Shown here one piece after another: positions 26,678 through 40,587 of a stretch of DNA of 64,000 nt (position 1 is its first letter; each line of letters begins with the position of its first letter). The notes beneath the pieces were generated by a model that saw nothing but the letters and a program-made list of their open reading frames with translations, was not told where the DNA came from and searched no databases. The stretch is taken from NCBI RefSeq assembly GCF_001194135.2, contig NC_068983.1, forward strand, positions 25,237,921-25,301,920. The letters run 5' to 3'. Made by a program: the position numbers and the translations under genes. This DNA is from Octopus bimaculoides (taxonomy: Eukaryota).

Positions 26678-27191
26678 TGTATATATATATATATGCACGC
26701 ATGTACATATATTTATGTAATTTCTCATAAGCAATATTCATTCTTTCGTGAATATATTTTTCTACATTTTTCTGTGTACATATATAATTTTATTGTTAAT
26801 GTTTTGGCAAGCGATATCGGAATTCTGTTGGAAAGCATTCTGTTAATTCATTTTTCACTAGATATTAGCTGCCAGGCAATCGAGATAACCGTTACAAATT
26901 TTTCTGATGAATAATTCATGTAATTCATAACTCCACAATGCAATGAGCCAATATTGTGTGTAATGTGACAATTTTTTTTTCATATATTTTTCAAAACTTT
27001 GTTTTAACATTTGTGAATATTTGAAATTTATTTCTATGTAATCGGCAAGAATTTTTTGATTGAATTTATATTGGGGTGACAAGAAATATTGTAATTTTGA
27101 ATTGTAAATAACATGCTATTTTACAAATAAACTACCAAAATACTTTCATATATATTGTCTTATGCTAATGTCTTTTTCTCTCTTGCACAGG

Positions 27192-27246
<55 letters not shown>

Positions 27247-27359
27247 GTATGTATATTGCACATTTACTGTATTACATATAGCTGTCTTAATTTGTATAAT
27301 TTGCTCATCGCATCTTCGTGTATTTGTCGACGTCGTTACTTTGCATTCATGCAGTTACT

Positions 27360-27397
<38 letters not shown>

Positions 27398-27839
27398 CTT
27401 CTTCTTCTTCTTCTTCTTCTTCTTCTTCTTCTTCTTCTTCTTCTTCTTCTTCTTCTTCTTCTTCTTCTTCTTCTTGTATAAGCAAATAAGAAAATAACAA
27501 TTAGAAGATAGCAAAAATTTCACAGTAAACGAAAAGCCCAATCCAAAGGTGATCAAGAAACCCGACAGACACCAAGTCAACCCGATCACTAGAAGTACTA
27601 CGGGAAGTTCTTCTTTCGCCTAAGTCCTTTAAAGCACACAGGCATATAGTCTAGTGCCATTCATTTGGATATTCTCCCTATATTCACTCATTTTACAAAT
27701 TTACGGGAGAATAGGGGTAACTGCATCCTTCCTCTCACTTCCCCTCACCTTCCTTTCCACGTAGTACTTGGAAATGTTGTTGAAGGCTTCATAAAAAAGA
27801 AAATGTTTGTCTTCAGTCCTTTCAATCGCATTCTCCACA

Positions 27840-28600
27840 CGAACTGTTTTGCCAAAGCCACTAGATAAAGGAAAAACGCCTGTGCTTCCCGGACAAAGGA
27901 AGGTTGTAGCGTGAATTACAAAATTGAGCCGGTTGATAGCCGCATCCGAACTACACCTGATAGCAACTGCTTGACTTAACTCTAGAAGTCAGCAATGTTC
28001 GAACACTGAACGGACGCATGCAGGGCGGTTTCATCTTTGTTCACAGAATCCGGTTAGGCGCGGCTGACGACGCTACTAATTCTATGGAGTTTATTCTGAA
28101 ACGGCAATATCAATGCCTCTGGTATCACTACCAGGCTAAGGATTTCTGGAAATTATCAATGTGTCCGGACCGAACGTCCAGTAAATACCAGCCATTTGAT
28201 TTTTATCAATGTCCAGAATTATCCATAGGAAAACAATGCATCAGTGAAACCTCAACTGACATTGTCCGACTAGCAGAGTACTCTGAGGGTCTGACTGCAT
28301 TCTAAGTGTTATGTACTCTGCCTCGATTTGCGCTTGTTCTAGGATGCAGCTCTGTCGAAAATTCGAGATGTCGAAAAGCAAGACTGACAAACGTCGACCA
28401 AATCTGCTCACCGTGAAGAGAACGCTGCGGATGTCGCACTCTCAGAGTATTACTACTCATCATTTGATACTGCTTGCTCAGTTCTCCACGCCACGGATAT
28501 TGACGGCAAATGGGCTATGTGACCGGCTAAGCATGTTTCTTTCTCAGAAGCAGAAAATTGTACTATCTAGAGTTTTATTCACATTGGTGTTAATAGTGGT
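27840..28600 (+). mobile_element. Possible old LINE (RTE-like) 5' region with APE start
   Basis: Locally GC-richer. LTLEVSNVRTL at ~27976-28008 resembles the xxTWNVRTL start of APE domains; other motifs are weak. Confidence 0.25.
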
Positions 28601-29729
28601 GATGGTAACGGAGGTAGAATTTTCAGTTTGAGTTGAAAGAACAATTTGAATCTCCTTATTTCTTTTGTTTACGCTCATCGTTATCGTTTCGTTCAGTATT
28701 GATAGCGCCAGTTCTGGAAACAGAACTGCTTCTTTTACGTCTTTTCATTTATGTTATTTACATCCGTATTGTCGTTGACATTGTTATTGTGTTCCTACAT
28801 TATTTTTTTAAAAGGTAGTTGTGGGAATTTGATAATATAGTGTCTGATAAAACAACAAACAACACACTAGATTTATGAAGACGTTTGTTTTCTAAACTCT
28901 GTAATTTTGCCATAAAAAGCTTCACAATTTGCTTTGAGGGAGCAAAATTTTCACAAAGGCAACTACTTTCAAAAAGATGCTGGCTTGTTTATAACAAAAA
29001 CCAAAATTACTTTTAATCAAAGCAACAAAGTTCATTAACATCATACCAGGCGAGTATCTTAGACGATACTATCGACCGCACTAATTCGCTTATATTTCAT
29101 TTTATCCACCCCCAAATGATCTAAGGCGCAGTCGATCTCGGTAAGATTTGCACTTAGAACGTAAAGATACAGAATAAGCAAAAATTATTCTTTCAACACT
29201 CTAATGATTCTGCTAAACTACGACCTTTTTGACAACGATGGTGATCATGATGTAGATGATATAATGATAATAATAATAAGAAGAATAAAAATAAGAATAA
29301 GAATAATGATAATAATAATCTCCACCACCGTCACAAAAAAAAAAAATTATCCTAAAAATCTACCTTCTAATTTCTTCCACTCGTCTCCTACTTCAATCGA
29401 AATAGAGAAATATGATAAAAATAAAGCAATATAGAAATATCCCAGAAAGAATTGGATTTCTCTTATGCTGATTTCTTTCTCTTTTTTTTTCTTTCATTAA
29501 GAATGTATTATCTTTTTTCTGCCACATTGCAGCTGGAAGCTATATACAATGTATGAATATTGTTTTTACTACCGTACCGAACAATTATACATATATATAT
29601 ATATAAATATATACAATAATACATGTAAATGAATAGGATAAAAATACAATGAATAGATATAAACAACAAAAATAGACCAGAAAAACAATATAACCTTTCT
29701 ATTACCTCTTATTCTATGAGATATATTGC

Positions 29730-29763
29730 AGATGATGATGATGATGATGATAATGATGATGAC

Positions 29764-29804
<41 letters not shown>

Positions 29805-29839
29805 CGATGATGATGATGATGACGATGATGACGATGATT

Positions 29840-29876
<37 letters not shown>

Positions 29877-30115
29877 CGACCATCATCACATTCACTAGTA
29901 CTGTGAATATTATTATTATCATCTTTAACACCATGATCATCATGATCGTCATTATGCTCGGCTTCGTTATCATCATCATTATTATTATTATAGTTATTAT
30001 TATGAAAGTTATTATTATTATTATTATCATTGTCGTTGTTGTTGTTGTTGTTGTTGTTGTTGTTCTTATTATATTTATTATAGCTATTATTATTATTAAT
30101 CTACTGATGTTGCAA
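29730..30115. repeat. Compound (GAT)n/(ATC)n/(ATT)n/(GTT)n microsatellite
   Basis: Directly visible; source of the poly-D/poly-M/poly-I ORFs. Confidence 0.95.
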
Positions 30116-30159
30116 CATTTATTATTATGAATAACTCGGTTATCAAGACGACCTGATCA

Positions 30160-30990
30160 TAATGAAGGTAGCCGACATCCTACGCAAGCCGCTTTCATTT
30201 CAATATCACCACTCGCCGTACAATTTGTACATAACGCACGTTACACACAGCACTAGTACAATAGGATCATACACAGTAAATTCATCACCAGACACGAACC
30301 GGACACAGCCACTCGTCAAAACTAAAACGCACAACGCAATTCATACAACACGTACGAAGGACCATCACCACCAGACACTAAAATTCATAACACAACTAAC
30401 ACGACGTATGCTGAACTCAATTACTTTCTTCCAGCAATTGAACATGTGTATCACACATATCAAACGCAACTATTCCTAACACTGAAACATGTAACACAAC
30501 TGACATAACTCATACCTAAGACAATCACTTCTCGACAAGAATACGTATAACAAAACTGCCACATAATCTATATACGCACCATCCAGTTAAATTAAAGCAC
30601 TCCCACATTACATATGAAAGACAATCCGTACACAACACTACGAGACCTAACATACTTTTCTGAGCAAATATTATACGCATTTAACAACCAATAAAATGCC
30701 TTCTCGCAAACAAGAAATACAAAGGATGTTCACCGTATGGCAGTGAAGCGTTTAGTATATACGTACATTCAACAACTACTGAAGAAAATACTCCTCGCAC
30801 ATCGTATATCAAAGACTTAAATACATGCGAAAGACAATTACCCCGGATTAAAATAATACAAATCTCACTACATATACTGTACAGAACAAACAGACGGAAC
30901 ACTGATAGTACCAGATATGGCTAAACGAACTCTCTCAACGGTGCAAGACAGATGAAATTAAGAAATATATTTCTGCATAAGACGTCAGTT
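30160..30990 (+). mobile_element. Possible decayed CR1/L2-type LINE 3' region
   Basis: A/C-skewed sequence; YFSEQILYAFNN (~30653-30690) resembles FFSNRVVxxWNxLP. Otherwise too decayed. Confidence 0.3.
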
Positions 30991-31016
30991 ACACGAGTGT
31001 ACATCATGGTGTATTC

Positions 31017-31386
31017 GGAGCCCTCCGTCAGTTTCGACGACGATGGTCCCAGCTGATACGATCAACGGAACAGCTTGCTCGTGAAATTAACGTGCAAGTG
31101 GTTGATCACTCCACGGACACGTGAAATCATTAACATAGTTCTCAGGGAGATTCAGTGTGACACTGTGTGTGATAAGGCTGGCCCTTTTGAATACACGTAC
31201 AACAGAAAGAGAAAGTTGTGGCGAAATAGTACAGCAGGGTTCGCCTCCACACCCTGCCAGAGCCCCGTTATGTTTTAGGTGCTTTCTCTCAATAAACACT
31301 CGCAGCTCCCGGTCTGGGAATCGAAACCGCGATCCCACGACCACGAGTCCGCTACTCTAACCACTGGGCCATTGCGTCTCCACTAC
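31017..31386 (-). mobile_element. tRNA(Arg-like)-derived SINE family C, body type 1
   Basis: Minus strand A box TGGCCCAGTGG, B box GTTTCGATTCCC. Same body and tail as 57781-58123. 8-bp TSD-like GGTGTATT at 31008-31015 and 31387-31394. Confidence 0.88.
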
Positions 31387-31687
31387 GGTGTATTATAAGC
31401 AAGTAAATAAGAACAGAAGCTGGATTAATGTCAGTTCATTACAGCTGTTTCTTACGCATTTTTTTTATAGAAGAATGCTGACATGCTCCCACTGTGTTCT
31501 TGGGATATTCTCCTATTGTTTTGAAATGATGTTTCATCTGATGATTACGAATTTTGCAATGATGAAACGCACACGTTCTATTTAATAATGCGTAAGAAAC
31601 AGCTGTAAAGAACTGACATTTATCCATTGTCAGTTATTATTCATTTGCTTATATACATACACACACAGACACACACACACACACACG

Positions 31688-31739
<52 letters not shown>

Positions 31740-32057
31740 AAACGTTCTACAAAATACTCACCCTGAAGGCATTACCAATGACCATTCAGAAGAGCTCTGA
31801 AACTGGTGGCAAGAAAGGGGAAAGTTATCTTCAGATCGGAAACCTGGCCTTGATTCTAATAACTCAGCTAAAGGCATCATCTCTGATGTGACCTGTCGAA
31901 GTCCTGGACCGGCGAGGGATTCACTACGTCGCCGGTTCATGACTAGCACAAAATTAGCCTTAGCAACATTTCAACTCCAGATACAATGAGCCGTAATTAT
32001 GAAAATACACCAACCCATAACCATAATTTGGCAGTTTTATTATTCCCTATGAAGACG

Positions 32058-32268
32058 TGAAGCTGGTTGTATACTTAGTGGGTCGGACAAAATGTTTAGC
32101 GACATTTCTTCCGACTATCTACGTTCTGAGTTCTAATTTCATCAAGGTCGACATTTCCTTTCATTCTTTCGGGGTCGATAAAATAAGAACCAGTTTCATA
32201 CTGGAGTCAATGTATTCAAATTATCTTCTTATCTAAGGTTGCTAACTTTGAATCAAAATTTGAAACAT
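32058..32268 (+). mobile_element. tRNA-derived SINE family A (diverged)
   Basis: TTTCATTCTTTCGGGGTCGATAAAATAAGAACCAG core; ends AAAATTTGAAAC. Confidence 0.8.
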
Positions 32269-33189
32269 TTATCAATTATGAAAAGATTAAAGAAAAAGTT
32301 TAGATTTCCAAGGTATTTAAACTCCGATCTCCGAGTGTCTGTTCAAAATGCCGCAGGGTATATACTGTGATATAGTTAACCCAACCCATTCACCACGCTA
32401 GAATCTAAAATAGTTACCAGGCCGTAGAATGGTCAATTACATCGACACAAGCATGTAGGTGCTATATCATTTTATTCAACCCGGAAAAGTGAAAAACATT
32501 GTTTACTGACTGGCATATGAACTCAAAATGGAAAAAGCCGGAACACACACCACAAGGCACTTTGTTTGACAGTTCCAGCAATTTTGTCAGCCTAGCAAAA
32601 CAAATTATATTGGTTCAGAAACTGTACAGAAACGACAAGAACAACATCATCACCATCATTAGTAGCAATAACATCAATAAAAAAAGAATTATTATAAGAA
32701 AATATATATATGACAAATGGAAAAAATGAAAGAAACAAAGTAATGAAAATATAAATCAGATAAATATATACAGCACAGATAACTAAAAGTTACAGCGAGT
32801 TATGTATTTGCTAATAACTTTTAGATTATTATCTCAGTTCGTATCGCTTTCATTTATTCGCTGTAAATCATATTTCTGCTTTAGTACAAACCTGTGCCTT
32901 CCAATATCTCATTCTTGGACTTGTACGTCTGTGTGTGCTAATATATAGGGCGTGCGTGTATATGTGGTGGGTGCTGGATACGCTCGTTCCACCACACACA
33001 ACACATACATAAACATCCGTAAACAATGAATCTATATATATATATAAATGACTGTGAATTCACATACACACACGCACACACACGCACACACACGCACACA
33101 CACACACACTCACAAACAAACACGCATACACACACATACATACACATATACATATGAATTTGTGTATGCATATGTATATATACATATTC

Positions 33190-33226
<37 letters not shown>

Positions 33227-33311
33227 AGTGTTGTATATATATATATATATAAATATCTATACATAAAACTATATACACACATAAATACACGCACACACAC
33301 ACATTTATGTG

Positions 33312-33362
<51 letters not shown>

Positions 33363-34523
33363 TAGATCACTGTTCCCTAATAAAAGCTATGTAGCCTGCA
33401 ACCTTTTATTATAATCTTAATTAAACACTCGTATCTCCTTTTTTTATGTTTATTCTATTTTGTATTGTTTCCAAATTAGGAATATTTCTTGATGTACCAA
33501 TAAATGTAGAACTGGGTTTGGTCAAGGCAGTAATTATGTCGGTTCTGTAATTGCTTCGATTTACAGTAAACATTCTCGCATAAACTCACGTGTCTCAGTA
33601 AATAATGTGAAGGTAGAAAATAACAGCAACAACACAAAAGTCAATAACAAAACTAATTAATAATATTCTGGGAAATATATATGAATTTTTTTCATATCGC
33701 TATAAGGCTACCGCATGAGGGTACTTTACGGGCTACAAAATTTGTGGAGTGTTACACAAAAATTTAATGAAACGAAATGTGATAGCATTGCAGGGAGTAC
33801 TTAGCAAATAATAATAATTACTGAGTCTCTGTGTTGGTCGTTTCGACTGGTGTTCTCATTATTCTGTCGCTTCAGCGGACCGAGAGAAGTGAAATTAGTT
33901 TTACTACTTCGACTTTAACAACATGAATTCTTTCTCTGTAATATTATACGCTTCCTTCTGCGATCACGATGGGGCCTAGTTATGGATTGTCACGTCGTTT
34001 TCAGGGGCCATGCGAATTTGTGTATTCATTGAGAAGTTACCAAACATATATCATTCTTCATAACCTCAGATCTTTATACTTGCCCATACAATGTACCAAG
34101 AATGTGACCACGAACGAACACTTCATCATTCTTGACGCTGAACCACGCACTTCGTTGGCCCGTTAATGTCACAAAAGTGAATGGGCAAGTGTGTATGAGC
34201 CAACACTACTTGTAATTGTTTCGTCGACGCAACAAAAGCATTCGTATCCCTCGTAGTTCGTCGCCTTAATTGCCCAAATAATTTAATTACCATCGACACA
34301 AGTACTTTTCAAACAACGCTGTTTGTACTTCTTGCTTCATTAGTAAATTACTGAAGAATCTGATGAAAGAGATTATTTTTCCTCGTTCATTAATAACAAG
34401 GTTGGGGAGAATAATACTCTCTTGGGTAACATAAACTCCCGATACAGGCCGTTTGAAATATGTTTATTTACGTAGCTTCATATCTGGGCGTCAATGTGCA
34501 CATGTCAGAATCCATAATTTTGT

Positions 34524-34751
34524 ATTTCTTTACTGCCCACAAGGGGCTACACACAGAGGGGACAAACAAGAACAGACAAAGGGATTAAGTCGATTACATC
34601 GACCCCAGTGCGTAACTGGTACTTAATTTATCGAGCCCGAAAGGATGAAAGGCAAAGTTGACCTGGGTGGAATTTGAACTCAGAACGTAACGGCAGATTT
34701 TACCGCTAAGCATTTCGCCCAGCGTGCTAACGTTCTTACCAACTCGCCGCC
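34524..34751 (-). mobile_element. SINE family A with alternative, LINE-like 3' tail
   Basis: Standard head and core; tail TGTGTAGCCCCTTGTGGGCAGTAAAGAAAT matches the LINE end at 6827-6856. Confidence 0.88.
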
Positions 34752-35242
34752 ATAGATTCTCCGAAGGCAACCACATTTATGTATAGTAATGTGGGATCGT
34801 CAGTCACTGGCCTCCCCTCGGAGCCGACACTGGAAAACACACATTCATGCACTAAAACATTATGCTCGTAGGATTCACCTAGAGGTGTGACATTTGAAGC
34901 TGCAGATGAAATTCCAAGCAGATCTGGAAAGTTGACGTTGTTGTTTCTATCATTTCTTCGTGTTCCATTTCTTTATTCTATAAGTCTATGTTGGAGGAGA
35001 GATTATGGATTATCTCCTTGGTCATACGTTGCCTATGTTTTATGGTAGGAGAAATTAATCATCGGAGGAGCATGCTACAAATATGATGCCAGACGTGAGG
35101 ACATTTTTGCCTCTGTTTCCAAAATATATGTTTCTCCAAACTTCTTACGCACTTCAGTTCTATATTTAAGATATGAGGAATTATGTGCATTATTTACATT
35201 ATTTACATTTGACGGATATTCGTCCTCATCTTGTTTGTTGTT

Positions 35243-35288
35243 AACACAACGTTTCGGCTGATATACCCTCCAGCCTTCATCAGGCGTT
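35243..35288 (-). ncRNA. Minimal type-I hammerhead ribozyme, core intact
   Basis: AACGC-CUGAUGA-A-GGCUG(GAGGGUAUAU)CAGCC-GAAACGUU/GUGUU: 5-bp stem I, perfect 5-bp stem II, palindromic ACGU stem III. Predicted cut between 35248 and 35247. Confidence 0.75.
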
Positions 35289-35379
35289 TTGGGGAAATTT
35301 CGAACCTGGGTTCTTATTTCTAAGGTATTTTTCGATATTATTATTATTACCATTATTATTATTATCATTATTATTATTA

Positions 35380-35602
<223 letters not shown>

Positions 35603-38600
35603 TGGTGGATACATCAGCCGAAACGATGTGTTAGCAACAAACAAGATGAGGACAAATATCCGTCAAATGTAAATAATGTACATAATTCTTCATGTCTTAA
35701 ATATAGAACAGAATTAATAAAGTAAGAAACTTCAAAGTCTATGTGGCTGTCAAATGCAACCCCTACGGAGCAATGAAGATACAATATTTGGTCACAGTGG
35801 ACTTAGAGTAAAAGGCCAGACACCTATCACATATCAGTCAGCGACCAATCCTAAGAACACTCTGGAGTGCTTCTTTGAAGCTGAAGCGCTTTGTAATTCG
35901 GCATCAGGATAAAAGGTCCTCTAACTTTGGAATGAAAAAGAAATGTTTGAGATCAGTGCGATCCATCGTATGCGCGAAGCTGTGTAGTAGAAAAAGAATC
36001 GATTTACCGGTGCAGATAGTGAAGAAATAAAGCACAGTTTTGAGACAAGCCGGCAAAATCAGGATGAGTTTGGTGAGCCTTTGAAAGAAAGCAGCAATGG
36101 AATTAATGTTGATAAACTTGAAAAACAGAGGAGGAAATAGTAAGAGGAATACGTGAATTAGTGAAAAGCGGGATAGTGATAGGGATGCAATGGGGGTATG
36201 TTTGCAGAAATCTAGTAGTCTATATATAGTTACTGTCTGAATATGAAGACAGTGAACAGGAAACACTCAGCTGATTAACTGCTTTGATAGTATGGTAATC
36301 AATAACATCCGATCAACGTAGGTTGTCGATAAGAGAAAACTACATAGTAAAACAATGAAGATAGATAGATCCTTGCAGTATGTATAGGTGGACGGTTTCA
36401 AAGAATTAAATGACTTGCTTAGGTCCTCAATATCGAGCCCATGACCCGATAATCATTCACCGAATACTTTGACTACTTTGTTACACATCTGGAAGTAACA
36501 AATATGATGACTAGATTTACAGAGACTCTATAACATTTCGGATTGTTGCTATATTGTAATTGAGAACTTAAAGCGTATCCGCATTGCTTATCATATGCAA
36601 AACATTTCACTTATAAAGTATCTTATACCTGGTGATTAGTTTCCCAAAAAACATAATGATAGTTGCTTTTAGCTATCGTTTTCCAGATAAGAAAGAGCAC
36701 TGTTTGAACTGCAATGTAGCCCTATCTACATATTACATTTTATTTCTTCTGTTCAATTATATTTCCTGCATTTCCATCTTATAAAAACTCGACGAATCAA
36801 CTTTTGTTTTCTTCACTTTATTAAATTTGATTCAGAGATTTCGCAATATTTGTACATCTCCCACATCCAAAATACCCGATAATAAACTGAATGACTAAAA
36901 AGAAACATGCACGTTTTTGACTTCTTAAATTTTTTTATTATAGTTCTTTATTCTCGAACGTCTTTTACATGTTACAGATTTTGATCTGTAACGAACTTAA
37001 AATGCATTTGTATTTCTTCCAATCAAGCGGAAGTTATTTATAGCATCTACCCATTGCGGCGGGTTCAACGTGTAATTCATAACTGAAAAACAAAATTACT
37101 TGAATAACCGTTATTTTTTTTTTAATATATATGTGTTTGTAGCTACACAACATAGGAGTGAATGACAACCTTCTCCATCCAACCGTTTCGTCTTCAAAAA
37201 TCATTGGAATAATATCTTCAACTATCATCTATTACACTGGAGAACAAGGTGTTTGTTGTCTGGTATTGGAAACATATCTCCAAGTAATTTTGAGGTGCTG
37301 ATTTCAAACATGAAATACATCTTTCTCTCTAACATCAAGATTGTTTCGAAAACTCAAGTAGCCATTTATCAGGATTTCCAGTATTGTCACCATTTCTAAG
37401 AATAGATTTGGCTGAATCAAATGCATACCCATGTATGGAGCTTGACAAAACTTTGAAAGCACGTTTTACAATATAATTTACTGGAAATGCATCTACAAAA
37501 GTGAAAAGAAAAGTTATGATTTAAGTATCGCCAGTAAGTATAAAGCCTCAAACTTGAGCAACATTCACTATTTTCAATCTGACTGTTTTAAATCTCACGA
37601 TGATGAGAGAAATGCTCTTTATACAATTACGTACGCACGTATTAATAAACTACATTTTTCTGTGTTCCTCGACATCATACGTATTTCATATTTGTGGATT
37701 CGTCTGTCAATATGACTATGCCGTGCTTGATTCAGTATAACTATCATTGCAAACCAGGTGAGACATGTTTTGTTGAACCTTTAAATATTTCTTATGAAAA
37801 TTGTTATTTTGAATGTACCAATTGCAAGGTCACACGGGTTTCGTCAAGCATTGTCAAAAAACTGAAGGAAGTTCACTAAACAGCCTTGGGTACAGGTTAC
37901 TCTTCATTCTCGAGGAGACTGCATATTTTCTCTGGAAAAGCTGGCGGAAGGTTTAAAAGGCCGTTCATGACACTAAAACTGATAAGTATACTTAGTCATA
38001 GCTGGAACTATGACCCATGCTGTACTGGATAACAGGGTCAGTTACGATTGTTGCTCACACTGCAGCTCATTAATGCAATCATTTCTGTTCATCTTACTTG
38101 CCGTAATAAGCGTCTTCAAATAAGGTTTTCTGTGTCGTTACTACTTCTGAACACATTCTGATTTCTCTGCTCATATATCACCCTTCGTTACACTTGCGTT
38201 GACCAACCGCCTCTGCTGTGACTCCAAGGTTAAAGCAGACGATGGATTCAACGCTGTTGACAATATCTCGAACAGACACACATGTATTTCTATGCCCAAA
38301 ATATTGAGCACGAGTGTATAAAAGGTTGGCATATTGTTTTTGCTTATTTAGGGAATGTATTTTCAATCTCGAAAATAAATCAGGTGGTCCATTAGATTGA
38401 ATTCAGTCACGCTAAAAGCAAATAAGGTTTTATACTGATCTGACAAGGCTTCTTTGAGTAGTTATCTTGAGTGCTTTTGAAAGCCTCTATCCTACATTTA
38501 GGAGGCAGAGATAGAATACTTTCTTCTACATGAAAAGATGCATATTCCGTATCATATACTAGCAACGGTGACATTTGCATGCAATATAATGGAAAAAATT

Positions 38601-38953
38601 TCATTTGGCAAAGAGTGCGTTTGTGTTTGATTTTATTTATTTATTTATTCGTTCATGTTGAACATTTAATATCTTGTTGTGAAATTAAATTACACTTCTG
38701 TATCTTCTCTGTTATTGGACTCTCTTATTTTACTCATTACCGATTTTCGTTTGATAGGCGTGGTTCAGAAATGTGTAGCCATTTCTGTGTAGAGAAAAAT
38801 TAAAGAATTACAGAAGAATGAAAAGCTATTCCATGTAGTAAAAGTCCTTCACATTTAGAAGCAACTCATAAACAAGTCTGATTGAATCAGCAGTGAATAC
38901 AATTGCTGTTACTCCTGTTACTACTATCATCATCACCATCAGTGATAGTAATG

Positions 38954-39016
<63 letters not shown>

Positions 39017-39020
<4 letters not shown>

Positions 39021-39280
39021 CAGAAACAATTCCTATCATAGTAGGTGCCTTAGGTATAATAAAAAAATATTCAGACAAATACATAACAAAAATACCAGGA
39101 CTTACAAATATATATAACATACAGAAAATTGCACTACTGGGTACTGCACACATTCTACGCAAAACACTTTCAATACAGTAAACATAAGAGCACCACAGCA
39201 AACCACAGCACATACCCAAGGCGCACAGAGCTGCGCTCGGTAGTGAAGTGAAAGCACGTTATAAAAATAAAACTACTGAA
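39017..39280 (+). mobile_element. Short 3' fragment of the R4/Dong LINE flanked by (TAA)n on both sides
   Basis: KTETIPIIVGALGIIKKYSDKYITKIPGLTNIYNIQKIALLGTAHILRKTLSIQ* plus a 3' UTR nearly identical to 25389-25560. Confidence 0.9.
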
Positions 39281-39317
<37 letters not shown>

Positions 39318-39837
39318 TGTAGTAGTAGTAGTTCCTAAACGTTGAGAGTTGCTCCAAACGGTTCAGATATATATTAAAAAAAAGTTGGTGAGTTAGTAAA
39401 CAGTGATGATTAAACAATCCTGTCACTTAAGATATATATTTCAACATATTCACCAGACGGAGAATTAACATTTTTTCTCTATCTGCGCAATGGACTCACT
39501 GGAACATAAGTTCGATTCACCATATCTAACACAGAGCAATAATTTTGAGCATAATATCTGTTGAATTTGCTATATCACTTGATATAGACTAAAATTTGCA
39601 TGCTGATTTAGACAAAACAATATGGCAAACATTCATAAACTCATTCCCAGTATTCTGGCCATAGAAATACATGAGTGTCGTTTCGAGTGTTGAAATCCGT
39701 TTTAACCTTGGAATTGCAGCATAAGTGGTTGGCCAACTTAAAGGTGGTGGAAGTTTGATATGTGAGCAGAAAGATCTGGAAGTGTTTACTAAAGGCGCAG
39801 AAAGTCTTACATGAAGGCACTTACTACGGAAGGCAAC

Positions 39838-40587
39838 ATATATTGCCTTTCCTTGCATATACTGTCTATTCAGGGCTTAACAATTGATTCCAGGGCCTCA
39901 ATGTAGGCGGTAGAGTTAACTCTTAGGCTTTGTGAAAAGAAGATGACAACTAAAACATGACAGTTGCAGGAAATTCTGTATGCATAACACTTAGAACTTC
40001 AAAAAGGTCTGTCATTTCTTCAGTTAATTTTTTGATCTTGGTCGAAGTTTTTCTCGTTTAAGGAAAACCAAATCAAACCTTCTGCTGGATTTTCAGTTTG
40101 TTTAAGACACTTTTAGACCTGATGTAGTGATTTTCTTTTTCTTTTTCTGACAAATTGACCTTTTCTCATCATATAACACTTCGTGGACAACATTTCTGAC
40201 TGTTCCTTCTGACAAATGGAGATCTTTTGTAATAGATCTCATGGACTTTTTGAGATTGTAATCAAGTCTGTGCTGAACTTGCTGGATAAATTCAAATGTT
40301 CTGATAATTTCAGAGCGTTTAGAATGCTTCTTATACGTTTCAATCGTCAGTCCCTAACTGCTTAAAAACTTTGTCGTCGAACTAACTGGCAACTTTTAAA
40401 ATTCATGATATTTTTTAAATCGATATGCTCAGCCTGTATAGCAACAATGACAGCATGCTTCTTCATTTCTTTAATAAATTGAAGGACTACCATTATTATT
40501 TTTTGAAACAAAGATTATACAGTGTTAGCAAAAAATACAGCAATGACCACAAAAAGGTATGTCCTCAAATACCAAGTGCACCCTGAA
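39838..40587 (-). mobile_element. Second maT/DD37D-like copy, 3'-truncated
   Basis: Reverse complement starts CAGGGTGCACTTGGTATTTGAGGACATACC (matches the left TIR at 303). MKKHAVIVAIQAEH N-terminus; collinear with 303-1100. Confidence 0.8.

Noticed and set aside
33830-33881. HHR-like CTGAAGC...GAAACGAC on the minus strand
   Set aside because: A9 and U16.1 are both wrong and stem I does not form; no PLE context.
34809-34833. HDV-like ribozyme resemblance (GGCCTCCCCTCG)
   Set aside because: No matching P1/P2 strands could be found by eye.
35750-36266. 120-aa minus ORF and purine-rich plus strand as a candidate exon
   Set aside because: No recognisable domain or convincing splice pair; such F/L-rich antisense ORFs arise from compositional skew.
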